A DNA stretch of 64,000 nucleotides, taken from NCBI GenBank assembly GCA_031835245.2, contig JAVKOQ020000013.1, positions 186,001 to 250,000 of the forward strand, given 5' to 3'. Shown piece by piece: positions 35,903 through 46,188 of the stretch; the stretch's first letter is position 1; each line of letters opens with the position of its first letter. The translations under genes were made by a program, and so were the position numbers. Source of the stretch: Balamuthia mandrillaris (Eukaryota). Below the pieces are notes generated by a model that saw only the letters and a program-made list of their open reading frames with translations, was not told the DNA's origin and searched no databases.

Positions 35903-38900
35903 CTACGTGCGTTTATCAGACCTGCCGCCTCCACTAATACTGCCGCCATCCATGCCCTCCGTCGGTGCGACACTACTACCACCACCCCCATCTCCGCTCA
36001 CCGGATTGTTCTCCTCTACACTGCCACCGCTACCGCCGCCGCCGCCGCCGCCGCCGCCAACCACCACTGCCGCGTGTTGAGGCAGCCTGGCCACGTTTTG
36101 CTCCTCCGCCAACACCGTGGTCAGCCTGCCCTCCGTCCACACGCCGTGCACCCTCCTCTCCCCGTTCTGGGAGGTGTACACTCCCTTCCCGTGGAACTTG
36201 TTCCCCTTGAACCTGCCCACGTACTGCTCCCCTCCCATCATGAGCAGCACGCCATGGCCGTGCTTCTGATCCTCCTCCCATTCTCCCGTGTAGGTGGTGC
36301 CCCTCCGCCCGTTGGTGCTGGTGCCCTGGCCGTGGCGCTTGCCCTCGCGAAACTCCCCCCTGTAGCTGTCCCCCTGGGCGCTGCTCCAGCTGCCATAGCC
36401 GTGGAACTCGTCGTTGAGGAACTCCCCGGTGTAGATGTCGCCGTTGGCCCACACGTAGACGCCCCTGCCGTTGGGCTTGCCGCTGTGGAAGTCTCCCTCG
36501 TAGCGCGTGCCGTCCTGCATGGTGTAGGTGCCAAAGCCGTGGCGCTTGCCGTAGCGGTAGCCGCCGACGTAGACGTCCCCGCCGGGAGTGGTGTAGACGC
36601 CACGCCCGTGGCGAAAGCCTTGGTAGATGGTGCCCTCGTAGCGATCGCCGTTGGGATAGGCTATGGTCTCGGTGGGCAGGTCGTTGGCCTTGAGCGCCCA
36701 GTCCTCTTCTGTCACGTCCTCGGTTTCTACTGTGGATTCTTCTTCTGTCGGTTCTTCTTCTTCTCCATCTTGTTCTGCGTCAGAGTCGGATGACGAGCCA
36801 TCGCTCTCTTCGCTCGCTGGCTCTTCCTCTTCCTTTTGGGTTTGAGCAGCACGCAGACAGGACGCTTCGCCTTCACCTCCTTTCTGCTCGCCATCTGCTT
36901 TCTCCTGGGTTGGCGTCTCCTCCGCTGTATGTTCATCTCCTTTATGTTCCTCCTGCTTTGAAAGTATGCATTCTTCCTCTTCTTCTTTTTGCTCTTGCTC
37001 CTCCGTTATTTGTATAGATGGTACTGATGGTACATTGCTCTGCTCAACGACTGAAGGTTCATCGGTCCTTGTCCGATCCGGTGTCTGTTCCCCTTCTAAC
37101 GTTGGTGAAGAGGGCGATGGCTTCTTGTCATGGCGATGGTGATGCTTCTTTTTCCGGCGGTGATGTTGCCTCTCCTTTTTCTTGTGCCTTTCTTCCATCT
37201 TCACTTCTGTTGTTCCTTTCTCTTCCTCCACTTTTACACCTTCTTCGTCCTCCGACTTTTCGTTACTCTTGTACTGTACACTTTCCACATTCGTTTTGCT
37301 CTCCTCCTTATCTTTGCCGTTTTGTTTTTGGTGAAGCTTCTCTTTCTCCTCTTTTTCCTTGTGTTCTTCTTTTGCGTCTTCCTCCTTTTCCTCTGTGTTC
37401 TTTGTTTCTGTCAGCGCATCCTTGTTGATATCTTCTTTTTGATATTCGTTACTGTCTCTAAGTTTTGCTCTTAACATCTCCAACGACATTCTGTCTTTGC
37501 TCATCTTCCTTTCTTTTCTGGTAGTTGGATGTAGCGGCTTATCAGCTTTGTCCTTCTTTGGTCTGTTTCTTCTTGACCATGAAGAAGAGGAGGAAGATGA
37601 CCTCTTCCCTGAACGACTTCTCGACCCCTCTCTCGAAGCTGAGGATGCTGAACCCTCTTGTTCCTTCATTCTTGTTGCTTCTTTGTTCTCTTGCAAAGGC
37701 AGTGAACCATCATCTTCTTTGTGTGACTGTTGCTGATCCTCTTCCATTGTTGAAGGCACAGACGAGTCCCGGAGGCGGTTTCTTGCAGCTCTTCTGGTAG
37801 GCGAAGAGGAGGAGGACGAAGAAGTAACTGCAGCAGCAACTGCGCCAGTTGCTGGAGATAAAGTGGAAGGGGGCGTGACGGAGGGCGAACGGCTGGCTGG
37901 ACTCTTCCTGCTGTCCTTTCTTTCTGCTCTGCTAGATGTCTTATTACTTTCTTGCGACGAAGAAGAGGAGGAGGATGTGGAAAAAGATGCTGCAGAGGCG
38001 CTTCGCGAAGAACGAGGAGTTCGTGGTTGACGAGGCGATATCATTGAGCCCGAGGTACTATTGTTGTTATTGCTTTCTTTCGGCCGAGCGGGGAGTTTGT
38101 TGTGTTCTGCATCTTTGTTACTCCGAGAGCGTGAGGAGGATCGTTCCTTTCGTTCTCTACTTTCGCTATTGTTTGTTGACCCTTCCTCATTGATTCTTCC
38201 TCTCCTATCAGCACCATCCTCCCGTTTGTGTTTCTTGCCATAGCTCGAGCGTTTGGCCTTGGATAGCGCTTTGGTCCTTGAGGAGGACGAGGTGATAGCC
38301 AGTTGAGGAGTTTTTGCGTCTCTGCTCTTCTTCTCCCCTGAATGGTGATGCCCGGAATAGGTGCTTCGTCTGGCAGAGTCCAGCGAGACTCTGGGCTGGG
38401 GTCCTGACTTGGACCTCGGCATGCCGGATGCCTTTATCTCTTGTTGAAGTTCCTTTGGAAGAGCTCGTTCCGGTACGGCCAAAGTTTTGAGCTTCAGCTG
38501 GTTGCTCTCTTTTTGGTTCTTTGCAGAGGAGGAAGAAGAGGACGAAGTGAGAGTAGCAGAAGCTTGTCTACGTTCTTTCAACTTGCCTTCTTTGTTGAAC
38601 TCCCAAGCACGCTCCTCCGAGTCACTCAAGACTTGGGGTGTGCAATACACCTCCAGGATTTTCTTCACCGCTGCCTTGCGGTCCTTCTGGGCTTTGCCAC
38701 CCGCATGCAGGTCGGCGTGGAACATGAGATCCGTCACGATGAGCTCTATGAGAGAACACTTCACCTCCGCCGAGTAGGTCAGCACGAGCTCCCATTGAAA
38801 CTGGAACAGGTTCTGAACGTGCTGCTCCCTCTTTTGCGTCCGGACGCAAACCCCATCGCTCCCTCCTTCTCCCTTGAGCAGAATGTTAATGAACCAGCTG

Positions 38901-39421
38901 TTGGCCACATCTTTGGTCATGTTCTCCACCCCCATTCTCATCTTCAGCTCGATGAGAGCCGGGCTGATGACCGCTTGGTTGCAGGACTTTACCACCCGCA
39001 CCACCTTGCTGCCGTCTCCTCCAAGAACGTCTTGCAAGACGTGAGGGAGGTCGCGGCTGATCTCCACCTGTTTCCCCTTTTTGGCCTGGAAATGCTCGCT
39101 CAGCTCCTGCTTTACGTCGAGGTGGGGTTTGGGGTTGCCATCCTCGAGCTCACGATAAAGGATCCAAAGAAAGGCGGCCAGGTTGTCGCACACATCCGCG
39201 CAGGGTGTGTAGAGCCGTTCTATGTGATGGCCGCCGTCCTCCTTGTCCACCGAAATGAGACCGGAGAGGCGAGGGAGATCAATGGAGAGAGGGAGGCTTT
39301 GGAAGGGTCGGTCCAGAATGTTGAGAATTTTTTCTTTGCTGCTTTGTTGCATCTTTGCGTTTTTTCGTGAAGCGAGTGCTTGACCCCCTCCTCTGCTTCC
39401 CCTGGGTCTTCCCCTCCCCAC
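35903..39421 (-). CDS. Large MORN-repeat protein: N-terminal globular domain, long Ser/Lys/Glu disordered linker, about 7 C-terminal MORN repeats; true start uncertain
   Basis: Repeats of YEG.F..G.RHG.G at about 36100-36660 in a 1172-codon open frame; 39421 follows a TAG acceptor, so either an upstream exon or the internal MQQSSK start is likely. Confidence 0.82.
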   Translation of the reverse strand: MGRGRPRGSRGGGQALASRKNAKMQQSSKEKILNILDRPFQSLPLSIDLPRLSGLISVDKEDGGHHIERLYTPCADVCDNLAAFLWILYRELEDGNPKPHLDVKQELSEHFQAKKGKQVEISRDLPHVLQDVLGGDGSKVVRVVKSCNQAVISPALIELKMRMGVENMTKDVANSWFINILLKGEGGSDGVCVRTQKREQHVQNLFQFQWELVLTYSAEVKCSLIELIVTDLMFHADLHAGGKAQKDRKAAVKKILEVYCTPQVLSDSEERAWEFNKEGKLKERRQASATLTSSSSSSSAKNQKESNQLKLKTLAVPERALPKELQQEIKASGMPRSKSGPQPRVSLDSARRSTYSGHHHSGEKKSRDAKTPQLAITSSSSRTKALSKAKRSSYGKKHKREDGADRRGRINEEGSTNNSESRERKERSSSRSRSNKDAEHNKLPARPKESNNNNSTSGSMISPRQPRTPRSSRSASAASFSTSSSSSSSQESNKTSSRAERKDSRKSPASRSPSVTPPSTLSPATGAVAAAVTSSSSSSSPTRRAARNRLRDSSVPSTMEEDQQQSHKEDDGSLPLQENKEATRMKEQEGSASSASREGSRSRSGKRSSSSSSSWSRRNRPKKDKADKPLHPTTRKERKMSKDRMSLEMLRAKLRDSNEYQKEDINKDALTETKNTEEKEEDAKEEHKEKEEKEKLHQKQNGKDKEESKTNVESVQYKSNEKSEDEEGVKVEEEKGTTEVKMEERHKKKERQHHRRKKKHHHRHDKKPSPSSPTLEGEQTPDRTRTDEPSVVEQSNVPSVPSIQITEEQEQKEEEEECILSKQEEHKGDEHTAEETPTQEKADGEQKGGEGEASCLRAAQTQKEEEEPASEESDGSSSDSDAEQDGEEEEPTEEESTVETEDVTEEDWALKANDLPTETIAYPNGDRYEGTIYQGFRHGRGVYTTPGGDVYVGGYRYGKRHGFGTYTMQDGTRYEGDFHSGKPNGRGVYVWANGDIYTGEFLNDEFHGYGSWSSAQGDSYRGEFREGKRHGQGTSTNGRRGTTYTGEWEEDQKHGHGVLLMMGGEQYVGRFKGNKFHGKGVYTSQNGERRVHGVWTEGRLTTVLAEEQNVARLPQHAAVVVGGGGGGGGGSGGSVEENNPVSGDGGGGSSVAPTEGMDGGSISGGGRSDKRT

Positions 39422-39973
39422 CTACACGAGTTGAATGAAAAAAATGAATGAACAGGCTCTTCTTAGAATGGGGATGCTCTTTTCAAGCCCATGCTCCCTG
39501 TTGTCGTTATGCTTGCCGCTTTCCCCTCGCTTTTGCGGAAGCGAGCAAGACCCTTTTTGTTGTCTGTTTGTTGAAAAATAATAAGGCCTTCTTGCTCTCA
39601 CTTTGTGTTTTTTTGTTGTTCGAATTTTTTTCTTCTCCCAAACTAAAGCGGCTCTATGCTTTGATCGGTTACTGAAAGTTTCAAACCACCAATCAAAAAT
39701 CAAAACAGAGGCTTTATCTTACCATAAAAAGGCCATTTCTGTTGTCTTTTTCTTTGTCTCATCTCTAGCAGAGATCTTTCACGTCGACAAAAATTCATTG
39801 CTCCGCTTTACTCCCAAACGACACGTTTTCCTTTTCTGCACTGACACACGTCATTTTTTCTGCCGACACACACCACCGATCATTTCGTCGATATTTCATA
39901 ACAACAAGACAAAAAATCGGATATAACAACAAACGTTGAAAATAATTGTGCAGACAAAAAAAAAACGAAAAAG

Positions 39974-40348
39974 ATGAAATACATCTACAGCGATGGGGTG
40001 GGCAACACCTACACCCTCACCAAGCTCGACCCACACCTCAGCACCGAGCACAAGGTGGCGCACCTCCACTACCACGGCCTCACCCCCATGGAGAGCTGCA
40101 GCGGTCGCTACAGCGGCGGGCCAGATGTCGACAGGGACCTCTCCCCCTCCGAGTGGGAGGAGGTGGGGCAGCGCATCCGCGCCCTAGAGGCCGCCACCGC
40201 CAAGCATGCCCCCCAACGCAACAAGGGCACCGGCATCTTCACCATCAAAGAGGACGATCACAGCAAGCGGTCCTTCATCGTGCGCATGGACGCCCTCTCT
40301 GAGATCGAAGCTTTCATGCGGCAGCTCAAGTCAAGCACTCCCTATTGA
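39974..40348 (+). CDS. Small intronless hypothetical protein (124 aa), bacterial-like
   Basis: A-rich ATG context, strongly C/G-ending codons, motif Y.DG.GN.Y...P.ES.SG.YSGG...R.KG.G. Confidence 0.72.
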   Translation: MKYIYSDGVGNTYTLTKLDPHLSTEHKVAHLHYHGLTPMESCSGRYSGGPDVDRDLSPSEWEEVGQRIRALEAATAKHAPQRNKGTGIFTIKEDDHSKRSFIVRMDALSEIEAFMRQLKSSTPY

Positions 40349-40604
40349 GCAAAAAAGCTGTCCTCTCTATCCCTATCTATATTTTTCTACTATAGAAAAA
40401 TATAGAGAAGAAAAAGTTATAATAAAAAATTAAAAAAAAAGAGAAAGAAAAAAAATAATATTAATAATAAAAATAAAAATAAAAAGAATGAACACCTCCT
40501 TTTGTTTTGTTGGGTGGGTTTGCCGTGTTTGTTTGTTTGAAGTGGTTCTCATTGTTTTAAAGGGGGGAAATGTTGTTGTTGTGTTATGTTTTTGTTGTTT
40601 TGGC

Positions 40605-43600
40605 TCAGAGGCCTCCCAAGTTCATCATGTCTATCGTTGCTTGTAAAAATACATGAGAAAGAATTCTCTTCATTCCCTTTCGTGTGTCCGCCCGTTTCAG
40701 GAATGGGTGCTGCATCGGATTGTTTGTCAAAGGAAGAAAGATAGAAAGATTAGAATCACATACACAAGTAAGAAAGCAACAACCAGCAAAAAAAAAGAGA
40801 GAAAGGTTTCACGAACGTTCAATAATTGTTCCGCAGTGGCCCGCTTGTCAGGGTCGAGAGTGAGGCATCGCGCCATAAAGTCCTTAAACTCCTCGGACCA
40901 CTGGTTGGGTTTGTTGAAGGGCTGCGGATAGCCGACAGTCCCTGCGGTGAACATGGCCTTCAGGGCCGACTTTCGGTTGGGCGGTTCGCCGTTGGCCAGC
41001 TCGCAGAGGCAGATGGCAAAGCTCCAAATATCCACGCCGGCACCGTACTCCTCCCGCCTTATCATCTCGGGCGGCATCCAAAAGGGAGAGCCCACCATGT
41101 GGTCTCGTTTTTTGCCGTCGCTCATGTCAACGCACAACCCAAAGTCGACTGCATTAAAAATTTTAGTAAGCATCCAAAAACCAAGAAAGAAGAACACGAA
41201 CAACAAGAAAAACGAAGAGAAAGAACAAGAACAAGAAGGAGAAGAAGACTAAACAAGAAATACAGAAAAAAAAAATGCGTACTGAGTTTAACATCGCCTT
41301 GGGTGGTCATCATGATGTTTGCACTTTTCAAATCCCGATGCACGAGACCGCGCGAGTGCAAGTACTTGATGCCCTTCAGCATCTCCTTGGCCGCATAGGC
41401 AATGTGCTTCTCCAAAAACTCATAGCCCTTGATGGCTTCCGTCAACGTGCCGCCCTCCATAAATTCCATGACGACCCAGAGCTCATCCTTCATGAGATAG
41501 GAGCAGTGATAGGAGACGATGTTGGGGTGGTTCGTGCTGGCCAGGAAGTGTATCTCCTTGAAGTTGCGCAGCTTGGAGCGCTCGTCCGTGTGGGGCATCT
41601 TCTTAATGGCCGCACGGCCTTTTCCTTTTGTGCTCTTGGCGGCAAAAACTCGACCGAATCCTCTGTTTTTTGTTGTAGTTTGCATTACGTTAGAACAGAA
41701 TTGAACTGAAAAGAAAATAATAGCAACGAGGGAGCAGAAAAAGTACCCTTGACCAACGACTTCTTGTACTCGGTAATCTTTCTTTATATTTGCACCATCC
41801 AAGCATGCCTCCTCTGGAAGTGGATAAGCCATAAGTAAAAGCATAAGATAAGCGAGAGAGAGAGAGAGAGTACCTCGAGGCACTTCTTTATCTTTAGGTT
41901 CTTTCTTCTTCTTTCTCCTGCCTATTTGGATCTCCTCGCCATCGCGTTTTATAAGGAAGGACCTCTTTGTCAGAAAGTGCAAGCAATTCAACAGCACAAC
42001 AAAGTTTTTGGTGGCATCCTCTTCTGGTATTTTTGAAGCTTTAAAAAAAGTCAGCATAAAATGAAATGAAAAGCCCAAAAGAAGAAAAAGAAACAGACAG
42101 AAGCGAAAGAAAACCTTTGACAAGCTTTCGAATATCCTTTGGAAGGTCTTCCAAGCCAGTGACTTCAATGTTGGGCAAGGAGCTGCCCGATTTCTTGGGT
42201 GGGGTCCTGCCATCGGCATCCACCACTACCAGCTCCTTCAGCACCTCGTCCTCTCCAACCTCACCGCCAGTGCTTGGAGACTTGTCTCCTCCACCTGTTC
42301 CTCCTCCACTTCCGTTCACCGGTCGTTCAGAGGGTTGATCCGAGTCGCTGCCACGATGATGTGGTCGCGGGGACTTGCTGCCCTCGCCAGGAGTTCCTCC
42401 TTTCTCTGCGGAAGTCAGTTTGTCTTTGCCTTTTTCTCTTTGTTTTGTGGTTATTGCGGTGGCTGCGGTGGAGATTATTTTGTCTCCACCTGTGGCTCCT
42501 TCCTCGGCACATTCGGCAATGATGCCGGACTTGCGTTTGAACAAGGATCTAAAGTTGGAGGCAAAGTTCTTCTTCCGGTTGGGAGGGGCATTAGTGGAAG
42601 AAGCGGAAGGAGAAATTTTGGAGCCTCCCTTGCCATCACTATCTCGGAGGGAGGGTGAATTGTTCTCTCCTCCGCTGCTGCCGCCACTGCCGATGTTGTC
42701 GGCACTCTCATTCAGAGTCCTGGCTGAGGTTGGATTTGGGTGTGAGGATTTGGATTCGTGACTGCCTGTCAGTTCTTGTCTGCCTTTCGGGTCATCTGAA
42801 GAAGATATAGAAGAACAAGAAGAAAAAGAGGGGAAAAAAACGAAGAAACAAGAGAAAGTGGACAACATAAAAGAACCTAAGTGTTAGTTCTCAAAAAAAA
42901 TGGGAGAAAAAGAACAAGTATGAAGATAAAAAGTAAATATAAATCTCTCTAAGAAATTGAAGTGAAAAGTATAAAAACGAGGAAGAGATGCGAATGAACA
43001 AATAAAAAGGCAAACGCGGTGCTCACTCTATATATATACATAAAATCTGGAGGGGGTAGGGAGGACTTTCGTTTGATAGTGTTTTCCTCCAATTCAATGT
43101 GAATATGATGATATATATAGAGATTAAAAGAGGTACCGAGTAATCGATTAAGATAAGGGTCGGAGAGGTTGGTGGGATTAGGGCTTAAGATGCTACGACG
43201 ATTACCAGTTGTTGCTCTTTGTGCCCGATTGTGAGGCTCCTCGTTGAGTCTCTGCACGTAAGAGTCCAAAGTTGGATCGGAGCGGATCTTAGAGGCGGAA
43301 GAGGAGGAACTTCCGCTTGCACCTGCGCTAGAGCCAGTTCCATCGCTTGACTCTTTAATCTTCTTTTTAGAGCCTGAGGATTTGGAGGGAGCAGTGGAGT
43401 CTGCCTGCTTTTCTTTTTTCTTTGCCTTGCTTCGTTTGGAACGTCCAAGCTTCTGTCTCGAATCTGCAAAGAAAAAATGAAACAGAAAAAGATGAGAGGC
43501 AAGGAAGGGAGTGAAGAATATTAGGTGGCGTCAGATCAGTTGAGAGAGAGCGAGAGAGAGAGAGAGAGATTGATGAGTTAACCTTCATCACTTCCTCTAT

Positions 43601-45071
43601 CTTCGAACACAATGGAATCATCTATCGGTCCCCATCCTCTCCATCCATACTGAGTAGGCTCACCGGTGCTGGAACTGTCCTTAGTTAGCGCCACTTTCCG
43701 CACGCGGAATGAGGGCACCAGTTTGTCGCCAAAGTCAGAGGCGGAGGAGTAATAGGAAAGGCAGCCCTTCCAATCCCAATCTCCTATTTCAAGCTCGCAA
43801 ACTGGACAACACAATCGCCCAGAGTCCGCCATACACACGTCTTCTGGCATCCAGTCAAGCGGTTCTATAAAAATGTGTCGACTCGGATTCCAACTCTGAG
43901 AAAAAAGCAGTGGTTAGCCAAATAAAAGAATAGATTCAAAAGGAATGGACAAAGAAAGCAAGAGAAGAAAAAGTCCAAAGAAAACAAAAGAGAAAAAATT
44001 ACTTCAAGGTCATAAGAGTCGTGTGTAATTGGAATGACGTTGCTTCCTTTGAAGAGCTTCCTCCTACAACCGCCGCAAAGATAGAGGGGTTGCTGGCTCT
44101 TGGGTGAGCCAGGTATTTCTGGCTCGTTGCCTCGAAGCGACGTCGGATCGCCAGCAAACGCATCAACGCTCAATGACTGAGATTCTTTCCTTTCCAACAG
44201 AATTTGACGGCGTCTCTCCAAGGCAGTGTCTGGAATCTCGTACTCATTTGCTGCCTTGAAGGCTTCGGCCTTTTCCCGAATCCAAGCTTTTCTTTGCTTT
44301 AGAAAGGAGACGTAGCTTTCATGCTTTGCGTCGAATTTGCACTCCATCTTCCCCCACACCTCGAGTTGTTGCCGCTGGCTGTTCCCCAAAGAGTAGAATC
44401 GTCTACTACTGAACATCTTCTCACCTTCTTCAAAAGAAAGCTTCATGATCTTCATCAGGAAGGCCATTACTACCACTGTGACTCTTGAGACACCAGAAAA
44501 ACTAATACACAAAAAAGGCACAATGTGAGGAAAAAGAACAGAGGTAGAACGAGATGAGAAAAGACAAAGGAGCATATGGCGATTTACCTCAGTACATAGA
44601 CGGCCCCAGTTTCCATTGCTTTCTCTATGAAGGAAATGCACTCTTCTAAGTGTGGAAGAAAGTTTGTCTCTTCCTCATCAAGAAGGCTCACGTGTTTGTG
44701 TTTAAAAGGCTGAAAAGAAGATTAGGGAGGAAATAAAGTAAAGGACAGGAGAGAACTTGAGAAGACAAAAGCAGAAAGAACGATAACAGACAACAACCAA
44801 AAAGCGAATAGAGAACGGAGAAGCAGAGACGAGAAAAGGGAGAGAAGGAAGAACGGAGAGGGACAGAACAGAGCCGAGAGGAGAGCCCAGGAGAAAAGTC
44901 TACCGTGAATATTTTATCTTTAAGGCGGTCCACCTCGTTCATGAGCGTAAGTACATGGGTTACCTTGGCCTCGCTGAGTTCTTCCTCGAGCATGGTGGAA
45001 GCGCCCAGGAAGGACCCCACAAAGAGCCGGGGCATGATCTCATCTCTGCGAAAGGGCGTGTACTTTTGCAT
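40605..45071 (-). CDS. Fusion protein: DUSP12/Yvh1-like (pseudo)phosphatase with Zn-binding domain, linker, then STE20/PAK-like Ser/Thr kinase
   Basis: DSP: IMPRLFVGS, VTHVLT, GVSR, AFLM. Zn domain: CGGCRRKLF, FIEPLDWM, GRLCCPVC, IGDWDWKG. Kinase: GQGGFG, AIKK, HRDLKSAN, DFG, GSPFWMPPE. Linking introns are phase-compatible. Confidence 0.8.
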
Positions 45072-45308
45072 AATGTTCCTCCAAAGGACTGCAAAAAAAA
45101 AAAGAACTTCTCTGTTTCTGCTAGCAGATGTCGTGATGAGCATTTATATCGCATTGTAAAAAATAATAATAAATATAAAGAGAGGAGAAAGAGAAGAGCA
45201 AAAGGCTTCTCAGGAGGTTTTAAAAAAAAGAGAAGCGGACAAAGAAGGGAGCAATGTCTTTGCGAGTTGGGGATGAAAATCAAACAAGGAGAGAGAGAGA
45301 GAGAGGGA

Positions 45309-45347
<39 letters not shown>

Positions 45348-46054
45348 AAAAGAAAAAAAGAGAACAACAACAAAATGTGTAGCGGTACCTTCTTCTCTTT
45401 CAACAGAACCGATAAGGGACAAAGCGATCCTTCTTCTGCCGTTGCTGGGAATCGAATCCCGCTCCCTTTTCCAACTTTCTTTCTTGAAAAGCCTACGCCA
45501 CCCTCTCGAAAATAATATCAATCCCCCCCCCTCTCTCTCAAATATAAAAAAAAAATCCAAGGTAAGCACTCTGCGCACACCCAACGAAAAAAAATAATAA
45601 AATAAAATGAAGAGGAGAGAGCGAGCGAGCGAAGATGAGGCAAAGGTTTCCCCAACAAACAATAAAACTGTTTAAAAAAAAAACAAATCAAACCTCCCTT
45701 CCCTCCTCCTCCTCCCTCTCCCTTTTTTCTACTTAGCAGCAGGCAAGAAGCAAGTGAGGGTGGTGGTGGGTGGTGGAGCGTTCTTCCTTTTCGTTGTTGT
45801 TGTTTCCCCCTTTTTTTTATGTGTTTCCTTTTGTTGTTGGCCAAGAAAAATATTTTTGAATTTTTTTTGGATAAACTGGATAATTACGTCATTTGATCGC
45901 CTGTTATTTCTGTCGACGCGGTAATTCCCTATTCACGATATCCGCTGTGGAATAATAATTACTGGGATGCAACGATTATTGGTGAGCACGATATTTTATG
46001 GAAGGCCCACAAGGAGAGGCATTGGCGGAACTCTTCCAAGCGGTGGACTCCCGC

Positions 46055-46101
<47 letters not shown>

Positions 46102-46188
46102 GAGCAAACCATTTTTCAGGTTGTCAAGGCCCTGCCAACAACAAAAGAAGAAGAAAACAAGAAGAAGAACAAGATAAATACAAAAGCT

